Shown one piece after another: positions 51,913 through 61,023 of a DNA stretch of 64,000 bases; positions within the stretch are counted from its first letter, which is position 1, and each line of letters begins with the position of its first letter. The notes below the pieces were generated by a model. The model had not been told where the DNA came from and did not search any database. It worked only from the letters and a program-made list of their open reading frames with translations. The position numbers and the translations under genes are program-made. Origin of the DNA: Oligoflexia bacterium (GTDB lineage Bacteria > Bdellovibrionota > UBA1018); the NCBI GenBank assembly GCA_963758495.1, contig CAVWVI010000003.1, forward strand, positions 1,472,001-1,536,000. Reading direction: 5' to 3'.

Positions 51913-52677
51913 ATGATTATGAGTCCAACTCAAATCAGACAACTATTGTCTGAGCTCAGGTTAAATGGAATTGCAGACACACTCGAGAAAACCCTAACAG
52001 ATGGCACTCAGGCTGGGTGGAGTTACTTAGAGTTTTTAAATGTCTTACTTCAAGCAGAGTCAGACCATCGGAACAAAAAGAAAATAGAGAGCCGAATCAA
52101 GAATTCCAAGTTGAAGCGATCCGCATCCTTCGAAGACTTTGACTTCACAGCCAAAAGAAGTATTACGAAAACGCAGGTAAAAGAACTACATTCTATGAAA
52201 TGGCTCGAAGATGGCCGACCACTGCTCCTCATCGGGCAAACTGGCGTGGGTAAAACATATCTATCCCAAGCGATTGGACTCAGAGCATGTCAGTTGGGAA
52301 AAACGGTGATCTTCCTGTCGGCAAGCACATTCCTAGAGCAACAAATCCTTGCGAGAAGTACCCATAGCTATCTCAAATTCAAAGAAAAGCTCACAAAGCC
52401 CGACTTGCTCATTATTGACGATTTTGGACTTAGAAAATTTAATCCATTGGAGGCTGAAGACTTGAGAGAGATCTTAGAAGAGAGATCCTATGGGAAATCC
52501 ACTCTTGTCACTACTCAGTTACCCCTGGAACACTGGGCTGAGGTTCTTCCAGATCCAGTTCTCTCAGAAGCAATCATTGACCGAATTGAGGGGATGGCTG
52601 TTCAGATAAAAATTACTGGCGAGAGTTATAGACGAATAAAAGCAAAAAAACTTGATCAACTTAAAGAGACGCAGTAA
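51913..52677 (+). CDS. istB: IS21 helper ATPase IstB
   Basis: GQTGVGKT, LLIIDDFG, AIIDR, GESYR. Confidence 0.95.
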   Translation: MIMSPTQIRQLLSELRLNGIADTLEKTLTDGTQAGWSYLEFLNVLLQAESDHRNKKKIESRIKNSKLKRSASFEDFDFTAKRSITKTQVKELHSMKWLEDGRPLLLIGQTGVGKTYLSQAIGLRACQLGKTVIFLSASTFLEQQILARSTHSYLKFKEKLTKPDLLIIDDFGLRKFNPLEAEDLREILEERSYGKSTLVTTQLPLEHWAEVLPDPVLSEAIIDRIEGMAVQIKITGESYRRIKAKKLDQLKETQ

Positions 52678-52771
52678 CAATCGTCGCTTCGCTCCGAGGG
52701 GTGATCCCTACGATGAAATTGAGGTGATCCCTAACTTGAAATCGGGGTGCTCCCATCTCTGAAATTGCGCA

Positions 52772-55395
52772 CTTTTCAGTAAGGTAAGTAGAAAGGTCAG
52801 CTATAATCTCCTGCTTGTGCCCTGCAAAGATTCCGAGAAAGTAAGTCAGAGTTCTCATGCCCAATGAAGTGCATCGTTTCGTTAGTTCTAGCTTTCCTTC
52901 TCTATTTAATGATCCTTGGTATGTGCGCAGAATCTGGCCTGCAACCTGAATTGTTTTAAGCGCCTTGTTTACTTCACTCAGTGTATCGACCTTGGATTGC
53001 TGATCTGAACTAAAGATTTCGTCGATCCGATCAGAGCTCTCTGCCACGGTAGCGCGGTTTTCTTTTGGGCTCTCAATTCCTAATTGTAGTTTTGGACCTT
53101 TACCTCCTGCCAGATCATTGGCGAACTGAGTATCCTTGTCGAGATCGCAGGGATTTAAGTTTGAAAAAAGACCGTCACAAGTTTTCTTTATTTCGGATAT
53201 CAGGAAATCGCTTTGGGAAAAGTAGCTCACAAAAATAATAGTATTGGCATAGTCCTCTCTGTAAAGGTTTTCACACATTCCACTTATAGTTACTTTAGTT
53301 TCTTCTTTCTCAATGTGGTCTGCGAGATATCTGCCCAAAAAGTATGTATAATAGTATCTGTATTTAAATTTATAGTTGCCGTGCACGCTTTCCAATATGA
53401 AACAATTTAATAGATAACCTTTAAGCTCACTGTATGGAACTGAAAGAGCATATATTCGACAATGATTGTTATGAAACTGTTCAAGGTCGTCATCGGACAG
53501 TGAAATTACGTTACTATTATGTAAATTAAATGCTAAATTACAAAGAAATCCTCTCAGAATCCCAAGATCTATAGACGTTGTGTTCCCCTTAACTAATGAC
53601 TCTGTCACCAAGAAGTCAAAAAGGTGACCATAAGAACCTGATGCGGTTGTATGCTGCTTGCTAGTCTCTACCTGTTGAAGAAGAGCCAAGATGTAAATCG
53701 GATAAGATGGCACCAAGTCTTTTCCAATTATCATAGTAATTATTCGATTAATTTGATCTGAGTGGCTTGCAAACTCGCTTGGAGCATATGTGTCCTCTCT
53801 GCCCAAAAGTAACCATCGTTCAATCAGCTCTAGCCGCTGTTTGTGTCCGAATGGAAGAATTTCAAGTTGGCTAAAGTCCGCAAGGAAGGTTTTTGTTCTT
53901 CCTAAGGCAGCCAATTCCTGAATCTTTAGAGAGGTGTCTCCAAGAAGAATAACTTTTCCAAACAGTCCAGAAAGAACCGTTAGTAATTTTTCTATCCCAT
54001 CCGGATTTAGGAACAACTTATCAAAGTTATCGACAATTATAACTTTATTACTCTGATTGAGTTGAACGTAGGTGTTCCATTCAGTATCGAGATAGAAGTT
54101 AGAGAAAGTTTGCTCTGAAAGTCTCAAGAAGGAATCTCTGGTTAGATGAGAATTGGTGAGTTTTTGACCATCTACTATGAGAGGAACAAATTCCTTTTCA
54201 CGCAGGACAGAAAAGCTTCGTTTGCCAAGACAAGTCTTGCCGGAGTCAAGATCTCCAAAAATAATTATTTTTTCGTGCTCGATTAGGAATTTATGGAAAT
54301 TTTCAGGACGAAGGCGTTCTTCTTCGGTATTTTTTGATAGATGTTGAGTTAGGATCTTCAGTGTTGGAAGGATGAAAATATCATTTAGATAAATCGTACT
54401 TTTTGCGGGGTGACTGAAATTCGCTCCGAGGTCATTGATATAGCGGATAGAGGCGTCAGTTAATTGGAAGGTGTTCTTTAGTAGATGTGAGTTTCGATTG
54501 AATGGAAGTTCCGTGGGAGTGTACCCCTCGATGGGAACATATTCAGTTTTTTTCCATTTAAAACGGAATCTCTTCTGCGTTTTATTGCTGAGATCAACGA
54601 GAATAGCGGCGAATTCACTGCTATTTGGATTAGAGGTTTCATTGAGAACGCCCCCTTCAAAATAATGGTTTTCAATATCTTCACTTTTTTTGAGATAGAT
54701 TGAGGGATTGTGTTCGTGGCCTGTCACTATAACGTCTGAGGTTTGTTCCACTATCTGTTTAAAGTGGGGCATAGTTTCCGGACTAAACCATGGATAAGGA
54801 TGGTGGAAAGCGGTAATCACCAATCGGAAGAGATCGATTTTAGTTCATTTGTCGGAAATGCAAGGGTACCTGGCGATTCGTCTAATTGAGACATCCAGGC
54901 CGAATTAATGCAGCGAATCGCTACCTTTTTCTCTTCAAATATTTGTTCTTCAATCCAATGCAATCTATTTTGAAACACATGGCCATTCATTTCTTCGTAA
55001 AATGAGAAAAAGTTAGTCTGTGGTTCTAAGCATGAACCAAGGTATTGAGGCTTGATTGAGCTTGGTGACTTGAGGTGGCCTAAGATCAGATCTCTAACGT
55101 CATCTTGCTGAAAGTGACAATCATGATTTCCCGGAACAACAAAAAAAGAAATGGATTTTTTTGTGGCTTCTTGGAGTGCATCACGAATCCGAGATAATAA
55201 GTCAGCACAGACCTTATACTCTTCAGCTTTTCCAGAAAAAGCTAGAACGCCGCTTACAATTAGAAGAATTCCTGAAATACTTGTGTCGGAGCAAATCGGC
55301 AGGATCGCTGAAATGAGTTTATCTACTTTTTGGAAAATCGGTTCACGTTCGTTTTTTATATGAATGTCACTGAGATGTAATATCAATAGTTGCAT
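52772..55395 (-). pseudogene. Calcineurin-like metallophosphoesterase fused to a STAND/NACHT-like P-loop NTPase; frameshifted near 54820 and 3'-truncated by IS21
   Basis: HLSDIH, SGVLAFSG, VPGNHD, FHHP, TGHEH; then GDLDSGKT, IIVDNFD, ILPFG, YP helical motif and YKFKYRY winged-helix-like motif. Confidence 0.78.
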
Positions 55396-55551
55396 GAGTG
55401 TCCTCTAGATGTCGTCCCCAAGTAGGGCAGAGCCATGCTACCTCGTTTTGGAGAACGTCCAATAGGCCTATAGGCTATAGGTTGATATAGGTTGAGGGTT
55501 TTGGCAATCCAGTTCAATTCCCGAAAGTGCTTACATTTCATAGATCTAAAT

Positions 55552-55631
55552 ATAAACCCCATATATACTAAGGGGTTTATTGACGTGCTGCAAAGACTAT
55601 GAGATTATATCCCTTAATGAGTAAGGGCTAT
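55552..55631 (+). promoter_or_regulatory. Putative abiE promoter with two CCC-N11-GGG inverted-repeat operators
   Basis: ATAAACCCC-N11-GGGGTTTAT (55552-55580) and TATATCCC-N11-GGGCTATA (55606-55632), flanking TTGACG at 55580. Confidence 0.5.
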
Positions 55632-56252
55632 AAAGAACAAAAACATCAAAATCCGCGGGATAACGAGCGACGTCTTTTTGAGATTGCTGATTCTCTACAA
55701 GGTTTTTTTACCGCCAAACAGGCGGTAGCTGCTGGTTATAGCGAAAAGAATCACGCATTCCACGTTCACGCCGGAAATTGGGTTCGGGAACTCCACGGAG
55801 TCTATCGTCTTCGAAGTTATCCACAGAGCACTGAGTCGGATCTAGTGCTTTGGTCCCTTTGGTCAAGAGGTAAGGATGGTATTCCCCATGGGATTTATTC
55901 CCATGAAACGGTGCTCAGTCACTACGATCTTTCCGATATCAATCCTGCCCGTTTGCATATGACAGTACCTACTCGTTTTAAAAGAATGGTAAAACCTCCT
56001 GAAAATCTCGTTCTTTATAAGAGTGACCTTCCAAAGGAAGACATCCGCCAAATGCATGGCTATCAAATGACTACAGTGAAGCGAGCTCTCGAAGATATGT
56101 TTCAAGCAGGAACTTATCCAAAAGATCTCATTGAAAGTGCAGTCGCAGAAGCTCTAAAGTCAGGACACCTTACAGTTTCCGAACTTGAAAACTCTCAAGT
56201 TCTAAAGCCCTTTCAAAAATTTCTTCAAACAAGAAAGCAACTGGCATCATGA
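55617..56252 (+). CDS. abiEi: Type IV TA antitoxin, AbiEi family
   Basis: QGFFTAKQA wHTH, WVRELHGVYRL, YSHETVL, QMTTVKRALED; start could be 55599. Confidence 0.85.
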   Translation: MSKGYKEQKHQNPRDNERRLFEIADSLQGFFTAKQAVAAGYSEKNHAFHVHAGNWVRELHGVYRLRSYPQSTESDLVLWSLWSRGKDGIPHGIYSHETVLSHYDLSDINPARLHMTVPTRFKRMVKPPENLVLYKSDLPKEDIRQMHGYQMTTVKRALEDMFQAGTYPKDLIESAVAEALKSGHLTVSELENSQVLKPFQKFLQTRKQLAS

Positions 56253-57142
56253 ATTCTGAGGAAAAGAGCTATATGTCGGCACGATCCTTTTCGCAGGCCT
56301 TAGCTGAAAAGCTGCGTGCCCAAGTGAAAAATCAACCTGGTTATGACATTGTACGGATTCGTCGCCAAGTAGCATTCGATCGGCTTTTAGCTAGACTCTT
56401 TGTTGAAGAGCCCTCTCCCTGGATTCTCAAAGGCGGATATGCGATGGAACTTAGATCTAATCGAGCGAGAGCTACTCGTGATATCGATTTATCGCTCCCC
56501 GATGGAAAATTCTTAGGTTTAAAGGACGAAGAGGTTTTAGGAATCGCACTTCAGCGAGAGATACAGAATCAAGCCTCAAAGGAACTTGGGGATTTTTTCC
56601 ATTTCATTATCAGTGAGCCTATTTTGGATTTAGAAGCAGCTCCTTATGGTGGTGCTCGTTTCCATATTGAAGCACGTCTTGACGAAAGAACATTTGCGAA
56701 GTTTCATCTGGATGTCGGAGTCGGCGATGCTATTTTAAAGCCTCTTGATGTATTACAAAGTCATGATTGGCTAGCTTTTGCGGGTATCCCCGCCAGTTCC
56801 TATCCAACTCTATCGAAAGAACAGCAATTTGCAGAGAAGGTACATGCTTATACCCTTCCAAGGGATGAGAATCGAAGTAACTCAAGGGTAAAAGATCTGA
56901 TTGATCTATTGCTTTTAATTCAGAGCAATGAACTTGATCGATCACGTCTTAGAGCTGCGCTTGAGGCAACTTTTATGAGGCGGGAGACTCACTCTCTTCC
57001 AGCGGAATTTCCCGATCCCCCTTTACACTGGGAAAAGCCATTTCAACATCTCGCTAAGGAAGTTGGGTTAGATGAGAATTTGGCTGCAGGTGTTAACATT
57101 GTAAGACGCTTTTTTCATGAGACGACTTATGAATCAAAATGA
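56249..57142 (+). CDS. abiEii: Type IV TA toxin, AbiEii nucleotidyltransferase
   Basis: WILKGGYAM, RATRDID, AEKVHAY, SRVKDLID. Confidence 0.9.
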   Translation: MNSEEKSYMSARSFSQALAEKLRAQVKNQPGYDIVRIRRQVAFDRLLARLFVEEPSPWILKGGYAMELRSNRARATRDIDLSLPDGKFLGLKDEEVLGIALQREIQNQASKELGDFFHFIISEPILDLEAAPYGGARFHIEARLDERTFAKFHLDVGVGDAILKPLDVLQSHDWLAFAGIPASSYPTLSKEQQFAEKVHAYTLPRDENRSNSRVKDLIDLLLLIQSNELDRSRLRAALEATFMRRETHSLPAEFPDPPLHWEKPFQHLAKEVGLDENLAAGVNIVRRFFHETTYESK

Positions 57143-57260
57143 GCTTTGGAAATACGATTTTTCACGGAAACTTCAAGTAGGCGGTCGGCCCGGCTGGTTG
57201 CATCATTCTGCTCGGGTCAGTCATATTATCTGGCCTAGGGAAGTTTAATTGAGGTCAAGA

Positions 57261-57398
57261 ATGACAGATTTTTTTCGCTATTTAGCGGTGAATCCAGGAC
57301 AAACATTTGTTTTTCTCGGCACTATGTTAACTGTCTTTGCTGGATTTTATGTGACCTATTCTCAAAATAGAGAACAAATCAAGCAGAAAAATGAGATC
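57261..57398 (+). pseudogene. Small membrane protein truncated by IS21 element 2
   Basis: GAGG + ATG, one TM segment; the frame is cut at the IS end 57399. Confidence 0.45.
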
Positions 57399-57533
57399 TG
57401 GCTAGTGCCAATGAATCTTGCCGGTCCAGTGCCAATTAAATTTGCCGGTTAACTGAAATAGTTAACAGTACCTGGAGGTTTTGCCTCCAGTCGTCTCTCG
57501 GGTAGAACTCGCTCTATTGGAGTTAACCGGAGT

Positions 57534-59043
57534 ATGATTTTAATGACTGAGTTCAAAAGGATTATTCAGCTAAGGAATGATGGCAAAACCCAAAAAGAAA
57601 TTGGAATTGAACTAGGGTTGTCCGAAAGGACTGTGAGAAATTATCTTAAAAGTGGGTCAGTTCCGTCTTATACACGGACTGTATCTACCCGCCCTGATCC
57701 CCTGTCTGAAGCTCATCTCCAAATTGCACATGAGATGCTTCGCCAATACCCAAAAACCCAAGTAAAGAGCATTTTGTCACGACTGAGAAGGGAAGGTTAC
57801 AAGGGGAGTTATCGGACCCTTCTGAGACGGTTGGAGAGTATAACCAGGGTATCGGATCCGGCGCCAGTATTCTTTCAACGCGAACATTTCCCAGGTGATG
57901 TTATGGAGGGAGACTTTACCGAGCTTTCTGGGATTTCAATCGGTGGCGAAATTTTGAAGATCCAACTCTGGGTAGTTCGGCTTATTTTCAGTGGCAGAAT
58001 TTCAGCTACGGCATTTTTTAATACTACTTGGGAGTGCTTTCTAGAAGGCAGTGTGCAGGCTTTTAATTCTTTTGGTGGCATAGCCCAGCGCTATCGCCTC
58101 GATAATTTATTATGTGGAGCTCCACATAATTAAGGACTCAACATAAAATTTAAGTCCTGTGGTAAAACTCTTGGGTCGTGGGGAGCGAAAAATTACGGCC
58201 CGCTTTGCTCAATTTCAAAATCATTATGGGTTTAAAGCCGATTTCTGCAACCCAGCGTCAGGATGGGAGAAGGGATCGATTGAAAGTACAGTTGGGCATC
58301 TTAAAATACGAATCCGTGAAGTCATTGGCCTCGGGAATCTTCACTTCCGAGACCTAGCGTCATTCCAGCAATTGGTGAACAAAGTTGTAAATGAACAGAA
58401 TGCGGAAGCTGCAGTGGAAGAGAAGTTTAACCAGGAACCCTTGATACTCCTTCCTCGAGAGCCATTCCCTGCCTTTGAAGAAGTCGTAGTAAATATTGAT
58501 AAGTATTCGACTTTCAGTCCTCTGAAGAATGGCCATCGGTATTCTGCTCCTAGCCATTTAAGTGGTCTTTCCCTCGAAGCCCGGATCTATGCTTCGAGGA
58601 TTGATCTCATTTATGAATCGAAAGTAGTTGCCACCCATTGCAGGCTATGGGGTAAATCTAACCAGACTAAGATCGAAGTTGTCCATATTATCCGCGAACT
58701 CTGTAAGAAACCTGGAGTCGTCCTGGAGTGGAAACACCGCCATGTTCTCTTCTCTCATCCCATTTGGAATCGCTTTTACGAAAGATTGAAAGTCCAGCCT
58801 GCCAACGGTCCGACAGCCTTAAAGGAATACTTAAACTGTTTAAAATATATGGCTGAATATGGCCGTGAAAACGTCACTGCGGCTATGGAGCTCTGCCTCG
58901 AGGGCAGCAACGAATTATCATTACTAAAACTAAAGGAGGTCCTTACCAATGAACCTGTAGCTGACATTCTCAACATAAAACCAGCTCGTAGAGATCTTAA
59001 TCAATACGACGAATTATTTAGCCTCCAAAGAAAGGAAAATTAA
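57534..59043 (+). pseudogene. istA: IS21 transposase IstA interrupted by a 43-bp insertion
   Basis: HTH LGLSERTVRNY, PGDVMEGDF, YRLDNL | SPVVK, CNPASGWEKGSIE. Confidence 0.9.
58104..58152. repeat. 37-bp palindromic insertion flanked by a 6-bp direct repeat (AATTTA)
   Basis: AATTTA [TTATGTGGAGCTCCACATAA TTAAGGA CTCAACATAA] AATTTA; removing 43 bp restores the istA frame. Confidence 0.85.
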
Positions 59044-59045
59044 TA

Positions 59046-59825
59046 ATGGCCACCAGCCAAAATATGCAAATACACCTTGAGTTGAATTTAAAAACACTAA
59101 AACTTCCCAGTATCCTCAGATCCTATCAAAAGGTGAGCGAAGCCGCCGCTGAAGAGGGTCTCACGTGTGAGCAATACCTGTATCGCCTAACCGGCATCGA
59201 AGTTGAGAAGCGAAAGGAGAAAAAAATCAATGCACTCATACAACATGCAAAATTCCCCCTTAAGAAGCTACTGAGTGATTTTAAGTTTGAAGAAACACCC
59301 ACTATCAGCAGGCAAACCTTTATTGAATTGGCTGAAGGGCATTTCTTAGCTGACGCCAAAAATGTCCTACTTTATGGAGCACCAGGAGCAGGCAAAAGCC
59401 ATTTGGCCATGGGGTTGGCCAGGGAGCTGTGTCTCAGAGAAAAAAAAGTTGTCTTTTTTACTGCCTGCGATCTTACTCAACGGCTAATTAAAGAAAAAAA
59501 CAATCTAAGACTCTCTGAGTTTTTGAAAAAGCTGAACCGATATGACTTGATCTGCATTGATGAACTTGGCTTTATCCCATTTGAAAGAACAGAAGCTGAT
59601 CTCCTCTTCCAGTGCTTCAGTGCCTGCTACGAAAGGACTTCAATTCTTATTACGACAAATTTGGTTTTTAGTGAATGGGACCAAATATTCAAAGATACAA
59701 AAACCACTACTGCAGCAATTGATCGCCTGATTCATCACGCTTATTTATTTGATATCAGTAGCGAGGAAAGCTTCAGGAAGAAAGAAGCCAGAAAAAACAT
59801 GGACCAAAAACAACAAAAATGTTAG
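59046..59825 (+). CDS. istB: IS21 helper ATPase IstB
   Basis: GAPGAGKSHL, LICIDELGF, ITTNLVFSEW, AAIDRLIHH. Confidence 0.95.
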   Translation: MATSQNMQIHLELNLKTLKLPSILRSYQKVSEAAAEEGLTCEQYLYRLTGIEVEKRKEKKINALIQHAKFPLKKLLSDFKFEETPTISRQTFIELAEGHFLADAKNVLLYGAPGAGKSHLAMGLARELCLREKKVVFFTACDLTQRLIKEKNNLRLSEFLKKLNRYDLICIDELGFIPFERTEADLLFQCFSACYERTSILITTNLVFSEWDQIFKDTKTTTAAIDRLIHHAYLFDISSEESFRKKEARKNMDQKQQKC

Positions 59826-59904
59826 CCGGAAACCGGCAAATTTAGTTGTCACTCACCGGCAATTTTTATTGGCACTCTCCAATAAATAATAAGTAGAGTT
59901 CGTC

Positions 59905-60318
59905 CTACGCAACTTCACCGAGTTCATGTGAGTAAGTCAGCTTTGGCATCTCAATAACAATCCGACGATAATTAAAAGCAAGCTTCGGCGCTTTAGAACC
60001 CTTGGCATCACCGCTCTCCTCCAATGTAATAAATCCCATAGCTTCCAGTGCAGTGCAGTCTCGCTGCACATTACCGAAGTCACGATCTAAGAGTTGAGCA
60101 AGCTGATAAATAGAAGTAGGCTTCTGGCTAATGATCGCTGCGAGAATGACTATCTTCTGTTCAGTCATGAATTTTTGATAATCCACCACTGAGTTGAACA
60201 AGATCGTATCCTTTTTCCCAATGCTAGGTTTTTGAGCTTTCAATGCAGCTTGTGTCCGAGCTTTGAAATCATCCCATTTCTCAAAACGAATATAGAGTGA
60301 TTTATCTTTATTTAGCAT
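59905..60318 (-). CDS. Winged-helix DNA-binding protein (HVO_A0114-like), putative antitoxin
   Basis: PTSIYQLAQLLDRDFGNVQRDCTALEAMGFI; overlaps the upstream gene. Confidence 0.72.
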   Translation of the reverse strand: MLNKDKSLYIRFEKWDDFKARTQAALKAQKPSIGKKDTILFNSVVDYQKFMTEQKIVILAAIISQKPTSIYQLAQLLDRDFGNVQRDCTALEAMGFITLEESGDAKGSKAPKLAFNYRRIVIEMPKLTYSHELGEVA

Positions 60319-60619
60319 CTTTCAAAATCCTTTCTACTTCCTGGTAGAATAGAGCCAGTGCCGCATTGTGGTCAGTTACTGGAAGCTCTACACGAACTTC
60401 TTTGTCTTCCGGTAACTCAGTGTGCATATGGAAACCAAAAGGTTCATGATTATCCACTAGTAGCCTCGGAAAGTTACCTTCCACGTCTATCAAGACAAAC
60501 TTAGCTTTAATTCCGTGAGGGAACTTCTCGCTTACCGGAACTTCGAGTGCATACAGGACAACCCTGTAACGGTTGTTGATGGCAAATTTCTCGTCGAGGA
60601 TAATCCGCGTTGCACTCAC
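60308..60619 (-). CDS. DUF6516/TumE-like putative toxin
   Basis: VPVSEKFPHGIK...LLVDNHEPFGFHMH pattern; paired with an HTH gene. Confidence 0.68.
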   Translation of the reverse strand: MSATRIILDEKFAINNRYRVVLYALEVPVSEKFPHGIKAKFVLIDVEGNFPRLLVDNHEPFGFHMHTELPEDKEVRVELPVTDHNAALALFYQEVERILKDAK

Positions 60620-60857
60620 CTCTAAATCATAGCTTAAAACATATGTTCAGTCACCATATATCTAACAAGGATCATTTGTCCGCTATATCGGTCGAGATGG
60701 GGCGCATTTGGGGCGTGTAACTGTGTACATGTGTAGCGCATCGTATCGGAGTGTATCGTTCGAGCGGTTTCTAAGTATCTAATATTTAAAAATATTCCAA
60801 ATCTATCAAGAAGTTAGAAACTGGATCAAAATCTCCCTCCTCCTGAGCCAATTAAAT

Positions 60858-60897
60858 CGAAACCCTCGGAAAACTTGAATGTTTTCCGGGGGTTTCG
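60858..60897 (+). terminator. Terminator-like hairpin after att copy 2
   Basis: CGAAACCCTCGGAAAAC-ttgaat-GTTTTCCGGGGGTTTCG. Confidence 0.6.
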
Positions 60898-60984
60898 TGT
60901 TCTAGGCTTCTCGAAATTTCATTTTTGCGGGCCTTTGCGGGCCATGATCGGGTCGATCATTTGCCTCGAAAAATTTACTGCTTC

Positions 60985-61018
60985 AAAATGGACGACAACT
61001 TCTCGTCCATTTTTTTTT
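60985..61018. terminator. Probable bidirectional terminator
   Basis: AAAATGGACGA-caacttc-TCGTCCATTTT with a T-run, just past the stop of the 61024-61995 ORF. Confidence 0.55.
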
Positions 61019-61023
61019 GGGTT

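Larger units (their letters stand above)
50216..52771 (+). mobile_element. IS21-family element 1
   Basis: TG...CA ends; about 74-bp imperfect terminal inverted repeats built from 23-bp units ATTTCAnnnnnGGGATCACC (4 left, 3 right); istA and istB inside. Confidence 0.93.
57399..59881 (+). mobile_element. IS21-family element 2
   Basis: TG...CA ends; about 50-bp imperfect inverted repeats with two AGTGCCAAT...TTGCCGGT units per end. Confidence 0.9.
46049..60850. mobile_element. Genomic island 1 at tRNA-Asn (defence cargo)
   Basis: 17-bp direct repeat TCCCTCCTCCTGAGCCA at 46049-46065 and 60834-60850; contains a tyrosine recombinase remnant, IS elements and defence/TA genes. Confidence 0.88.
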
